Positions 60,968-64,000 of a stretch of DNA of 64,000 nt are shown here, piece by piece. Source of the DNA: an uncultured bacterium (GTDB lineage: Bacteria; Verrucomicrobiota; Verrucomicrobiia; Verrucomicrobiales; DEV007); assembly GCA_963977015.1 (NCBI GenBank), contig CAXBMO010000002.1, positions 384,001 through 448,000 of the forward strand, read 5' to 3'. Position 1 is the first letter of the stretch, and the number at the start of each line of letters is the position of its first letter. Both the position numbers and the translations under genes were made by a program. The notes beneath the pieces were generated by a model. It saw nothing but the letters and a program-made list of their open reading frames with translations. It did not search any database and had not been told where the DNA came from.

Positions 60968-62434
60968 TCAAAGGGTTTCCGTTTTGCGGAAGATGACGCG
61001 GGGAATCGTAAGAATGCGTTTGCCATGGAAAAGTTCGCCCGGTGGAAGCTCGACTTCTTCTTGCTCATCGGGCTTGACGATGTGGCCGTCGTCTTGGGCG
61101 ATTTGAACGTAGGCCAGAACTTCGACCGCTCCGGATTTCGGCGGATTTTCCTGAAGGAGACGCGGGAGTGAAGCGGCTTCGTCTCGTTGAGTGAGGTGGC
61201 GGATCTTGCTGCGCATGTCGCTCCAGTCGAGACGGCGCATTTGGACGAAGAGGTCGAATTCCGCATCGGCCAGCTCGGTGGAGCCAGTCGCGTCGGACAC
61301 GCTGAGCCGGTTGATGGTTGGCGGCTCAGACCACATTTCTCGCGACATCGGTGTCTGGAATTCGGGTTTGATCTCAACCTCGATACTGAATTCCTCGCCC
61401 GGTGGTTGGTCAGCATTGGCGACGACGAGAGCCTGAATTTCGCCAATCAACTCGGTCAACTTTCTTCGCTCGGCTGCGACCTGGGTATCGAGAAAGCGGC
61501 GAATGGTCCCGGAAAGGCGCTGCACGGTCCTCATGACTTGATTGGCTTGAGCGGTGAGAGCCGGCATCATCTGGCGAAGGGCTTCTTTGCCCTGTTCGTT
61601 GGCTCCTAAGGCGGCGATACGCCGGACTTCATCAATCAACTCGCGCACATAGTCCTGATGTTGCGGGTTGAAGAATTGGTTGCGAAATTCGTAGAAGCTG
61701 ACCCCGGCATCGCTTTCGCGAAGGGCGTCTTCCTCATCCAGGACAAAACCGAGCAAACCGCCCTTGTTGAGTTCGCCCCCGTGATGCTGGCTTTGCACGG
61801 ACTGCGTGATGCTGCGGAAGTCTTCTTCGACTTGGCGAAAATCGCTGAGCACACGGCGGAGCAGCTCGATGGCGAAGTGGAAATCTTCGCGGATGCGAGC
61901 ATCGTGACGCGGAGCGGCTTCGCCGGTTTGGATGATGGTGTCGATCTCCCTTTGAAGGCGGTCGCGCTCGGCTTGGAGGGTTTCAATGCGTTTGTCGGTG
62001 TCGTCGCTGGCGTAGGTGGAAATCTCGCGAAGTTTGTCGATGATGGTGCGGATTCGGCTCTCGGTTCCGGCGACCTGGGCTTGCCGGTCGAGGGTTTCCT
62101 GGACGAAACGCAAGGCCGTCTCCGTTGCGGGCATGAGCTGGTAGTGCGGTTGCTCCCCTTCCTGGTAGAAACGTTGAAGGTAGCGTTTTTCCTTCCCGCA
62201 CCAGTCATTGAGATAAAAGGTCGCGTCCTGCTCCATCGTACCAAGATAGGATTCCCGGACCATCTCCTGATAATCGATCAACTCGGTGAGTAGACGTTCG
62301 TGGTCGATCGCGATTTCGTCGCTGCGTTTGAAGGCGCGATCGAAAAAGTCGAGCACAAAGGGGGCCATGGGCGACCTCAGCAAAGCGATGGTTGGCGAAT
62401 TTTTGAAGAATTCGTTGAGGTCGGACAATTCCAT
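60968..62434 (-). CDS. jetA: Wadjet JetA (DUF3375)
   Basis: ALLRSPMAPFVLDFF, YLNDWC, GTESRI, DFRQVEEDFR, SDAGVSFYEF, IPRVIF. Start refined to MELSDLN. Confidence 0.9.
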   Translation of the reverse strand: MELSDLNEFFKNSPTIALLRSPMAPFVLDFFDRAFKRSDEIAIDHERLLTELIDYQEMVRESYLGTMEQDATFYLNDWCGKEKRYLQRFYQEGEQPHYQLMPATETALRFVQETLDRQAQVAGTESRIRTIIDKLREISTYASDDTDKRIETLQAERDRLQREIDTIIQTGEAAPRHDARIREDFHFAIELLRRVLSDFRQVEEDFRSITQSVQSQHHGGELNKGGLLGFVLDEEDALRESDAGVSFYEFRNQFFNPQHQDYVRELIDEVRRIAALGANEQGKEALRQMMPALTAQANQVMRTVQRLSGTIRRFLDTQVAAERRKLTELIGEIQALVVANADQPPGEEFSIEVEIKPEFQTPMSREMWSEPPTINRLSVSDATGSTELADAEFDLFVQMRRLDWSDMRSKIRHLTQRDEAASLPRLLQENPPKSGAVEVLAYVQIAQDDGHIVKPDEQEEVELPPGELFHGKRILTIPRVIFRKTETL

Positions 62435-62577
62435 GGAACGACCCATATACCGGGGCAAAGAGGGCGGCAAGAGCAGCAAAGAAGCTTACTCGCCAAAAAG
62501 CCTAGGCCGTCGCTTGCGTGAGCCGCCAAAATAGCGATTTACGGACGACCGATTCGCCGCTTACGGTGACGAAATTC

Positions 62578-64000
62578 ATGGCGACTGCTTACAAATGCCC
62601 CGTATGCCTGTGGACCAGCCATCAAGGCAAGGTAACGGCTCGGTTAATTGATGATTTCGAGGAGGGAATCGCGGTGGGAGAAACGAAGAAGGAGGCGATG
62701 GAGCAACTGCGTGAGTATTTGATTTATCGCTCGAAGAAGGATGATTTTTTCTGGCTGGATCCGGATTTTGATGACCCGGAGATTCGCCAGGTGCGGGTAA
62801 GGGTGGTGCCGGAGTATCACGACAATACACGGCGTTTCCCGTGCAAGGAGCCGATTTTGCTGAAGTTGCCGTGTGCGATCGGGCAGCGGTCGACCGGGCT
62901 GTGGGCGGCGTGTTTCCCGACCTTGGATCTGTATTTCGATTTTTACGACAAGGAGCGCTTCAATGAGCTGGCGAATCATTATGCGAAGCACACGCTGAGT
63001 GAGTTGACGCCGAAGGAGTTGTCGCGATTTCTGCCGCCGGCGGATTGCGAGATCGATTACCTGAACGTGACGTTGAAGGAGCAGACAGTGAAGTACGAGG
63101 AGAGCCAGGAGACGCCCAACCTGCTGCATGTGGCTGACCCGATTGGGAAGCGGACGCTGGGGCGGATCAGCCGTGCGTGGGAGCGCGACCAGGAGGTGGC
63201 TGAGCTGGCAAAGACGCTGCAGGAGGAGGGAACGAATGTGTGCCTGGTGGGCGCAAGCGGTTGCGGGAAGACGAGTGTGTTGGTGGAGGCGGCGCGGAAG
63301 GTGGGGCGCGACAACGAGGAGAAGTCGAACGCGCCACGGTTCTGGATGAGTAGTGCGGCGCGACTGATCGCGGGGATGCGATACCTGGGGCAATGGGAGG
63401 AGCGGTGTGAGGCGGCGGTGCGCGAGATTTCGAACTTGCGCGGGGTGCTGTGCGTGGAGAATCTGCTGGATTTGTTGAACGTCGGTGGCTCCGGGCCGGA
63501 AAGCAGCGTGGGGGCGTTTCTGGTGCCGTATTTGAAGAGCGGGGAGTTGCGACTGGTGGCGGAGGCGACGCCGCAGGAGGTGGAGGCTTGCGACCGCCTT
63601 CTTCCCGGGTTGATCGATGAAATGCAGGTTTTGAAGATCGAGCCTTTTGAGCCCCGGGGCGCGCTTTCGGTGCTGGGCCAGGCGGGCGATTACTTTACCC
63701 AGAACGAGCGAATCCAGTTTGCGCGTTCGATTTCGGATGAGGTTTACCACTTGTTTCGACGGTTCCAGCCTTATGTGGCGTTTCCCGGCAAGGCGATCCA
63801 ACTAATGAGTTCGGTGGTGGATCACAAGTTGCAGGAGAAGGGGGCTGAGGCGGTGGAGTTGAACGATGTGCGCCACGAGTTCAGCCTGCAGACAGGATTG
63901 CCGGACTTGTTTTTGCGCGAAGACCTTCCGCTCCCCTACGAGGATCTGATCGATACGTTTTCGACGAGCCTGCTTGGTCAGGACATGGCCGTGCGCCAGG
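62578..64000 (+). CDS. ClpA/ClpB-like AAA+ ATPase with atypical N-terminus (runs off the right edge)
   Basis: Absent from the ORF track because no stop lies in the window. Manual translation from ATG 62578 is open to the end: AWERDQEV, Walker A GASGCGKT, RLIAGMRYLGQWEERC, LRLVAEATPQE, AFPGKA, TGLP, LLGQDMAV. Confidence 0.88.
   Translation, partial: MATAYKCPVCLWTSHQGKVTARLIDDFEEGIAVGETKKEAMEQLREYLIYRSKKDDFFWLDPDFDDPEIRQVRVRVVPEYHDNTRRFPCKEPILLKLPCAIGQRSTGLWAACFPTLDLYFDFYDKERFNELANHYAKHTLSELTPKELSRFLPPADCEIDYLNVTLKEQTVKYEESQETPNLLHVADPIGKRTLGRISRAWERDQEVAELAKTLQEEGTNVCLVGASGCGKTSVLVEAARKVGRDNEEKSNAPRFWMSSAARLIAGMRYLGQWEERCEAAVREISNLRGVLCVENLLDLLNVGGSGPESSVGAFLVPYLKSGELRLVAEATPQEVEACDRLLPGLIDEMQVLKIEPFEPRGALSVLGQAGDYFTQNERIQFARSISDEVYHLFRRFQPYVAFPGKAIQLMSSVVDHKLQEKGAEAVELNDVRHEFSLQTGLPDLFLREDLPLPYEDLIDTFSTSLLGQDMAVRQ

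Noticed and set aside
55650-62577. Wadjet as part of a mobile element with att sites
   Set aside because: No integrase, transposase, tRNA or flanking direct repeat could be seen.
62644-63801. 385-aa minus strand ORF
   Set aside because: Shadow of the + strand Clp-like ATPase that the track missed because it lacks a stop in the window.
1-64000. CRISPR array, rRNA, tRNA or IS elements
   Set aside because: No regularly spaced repeats, RNA gene signatures or transposase ORFs were recognised by eye.

Overview
GC-rich bacterial chromosome segment, most likely Verrucomicrobiota (PVC superphylum). This is inferred from the DUF1501/DUF1549/DUF1553, DUF1552/DUF1592 and planctomycete-cytochrome genes, SHD1-like domains, DUF3500 and the scarcity of SD sequences. 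Left to right: (1) 5' end of smc; (2) a sigma54-like DUF1328 + small lipoprotein operon followed by a ~100-nt G.U-containing RNA rod hairpin; (3) alkyl sulfatase/AraC, a secreted alpha/beta hydrolase, and a LysR/TauE pair; (4) a ~33-kb carbohydrate/periplasmic-redox region with a large CBM-GH-A-CBM9-like protein, a DUF1592 / cytochrome-propeller / DUF1552 / tandem-paralog operon, two BNR sialidase-like proteins, FAD oxidoreductase, sodium:solute symporter, AraC, LacI with a palindrome shared with one target gene, SGNH esterase, a DUF1553/DUF1501 pair and a SASA esterase; (5) a mannitol dehydrogenase + orphan polyol SBP + NCS1-like permease cluster; (6) PqqL-like peptidase, DUF3500, SHD1 proteins and yebC; (7) a conflict/defence cluster with a bpX3-like TPR protein, an LptA-like protein, an apparently intact type I Wadjet (jetABCD) and, divergently, a truncated Clp-like AAA+ ATPase whose N-terminus looks like tandem HicB-like domains. 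No tRNA, rRNA, CRISPR array or transposase/integrase was recognised. All family calls come from motif recognition by eye, not database searches.
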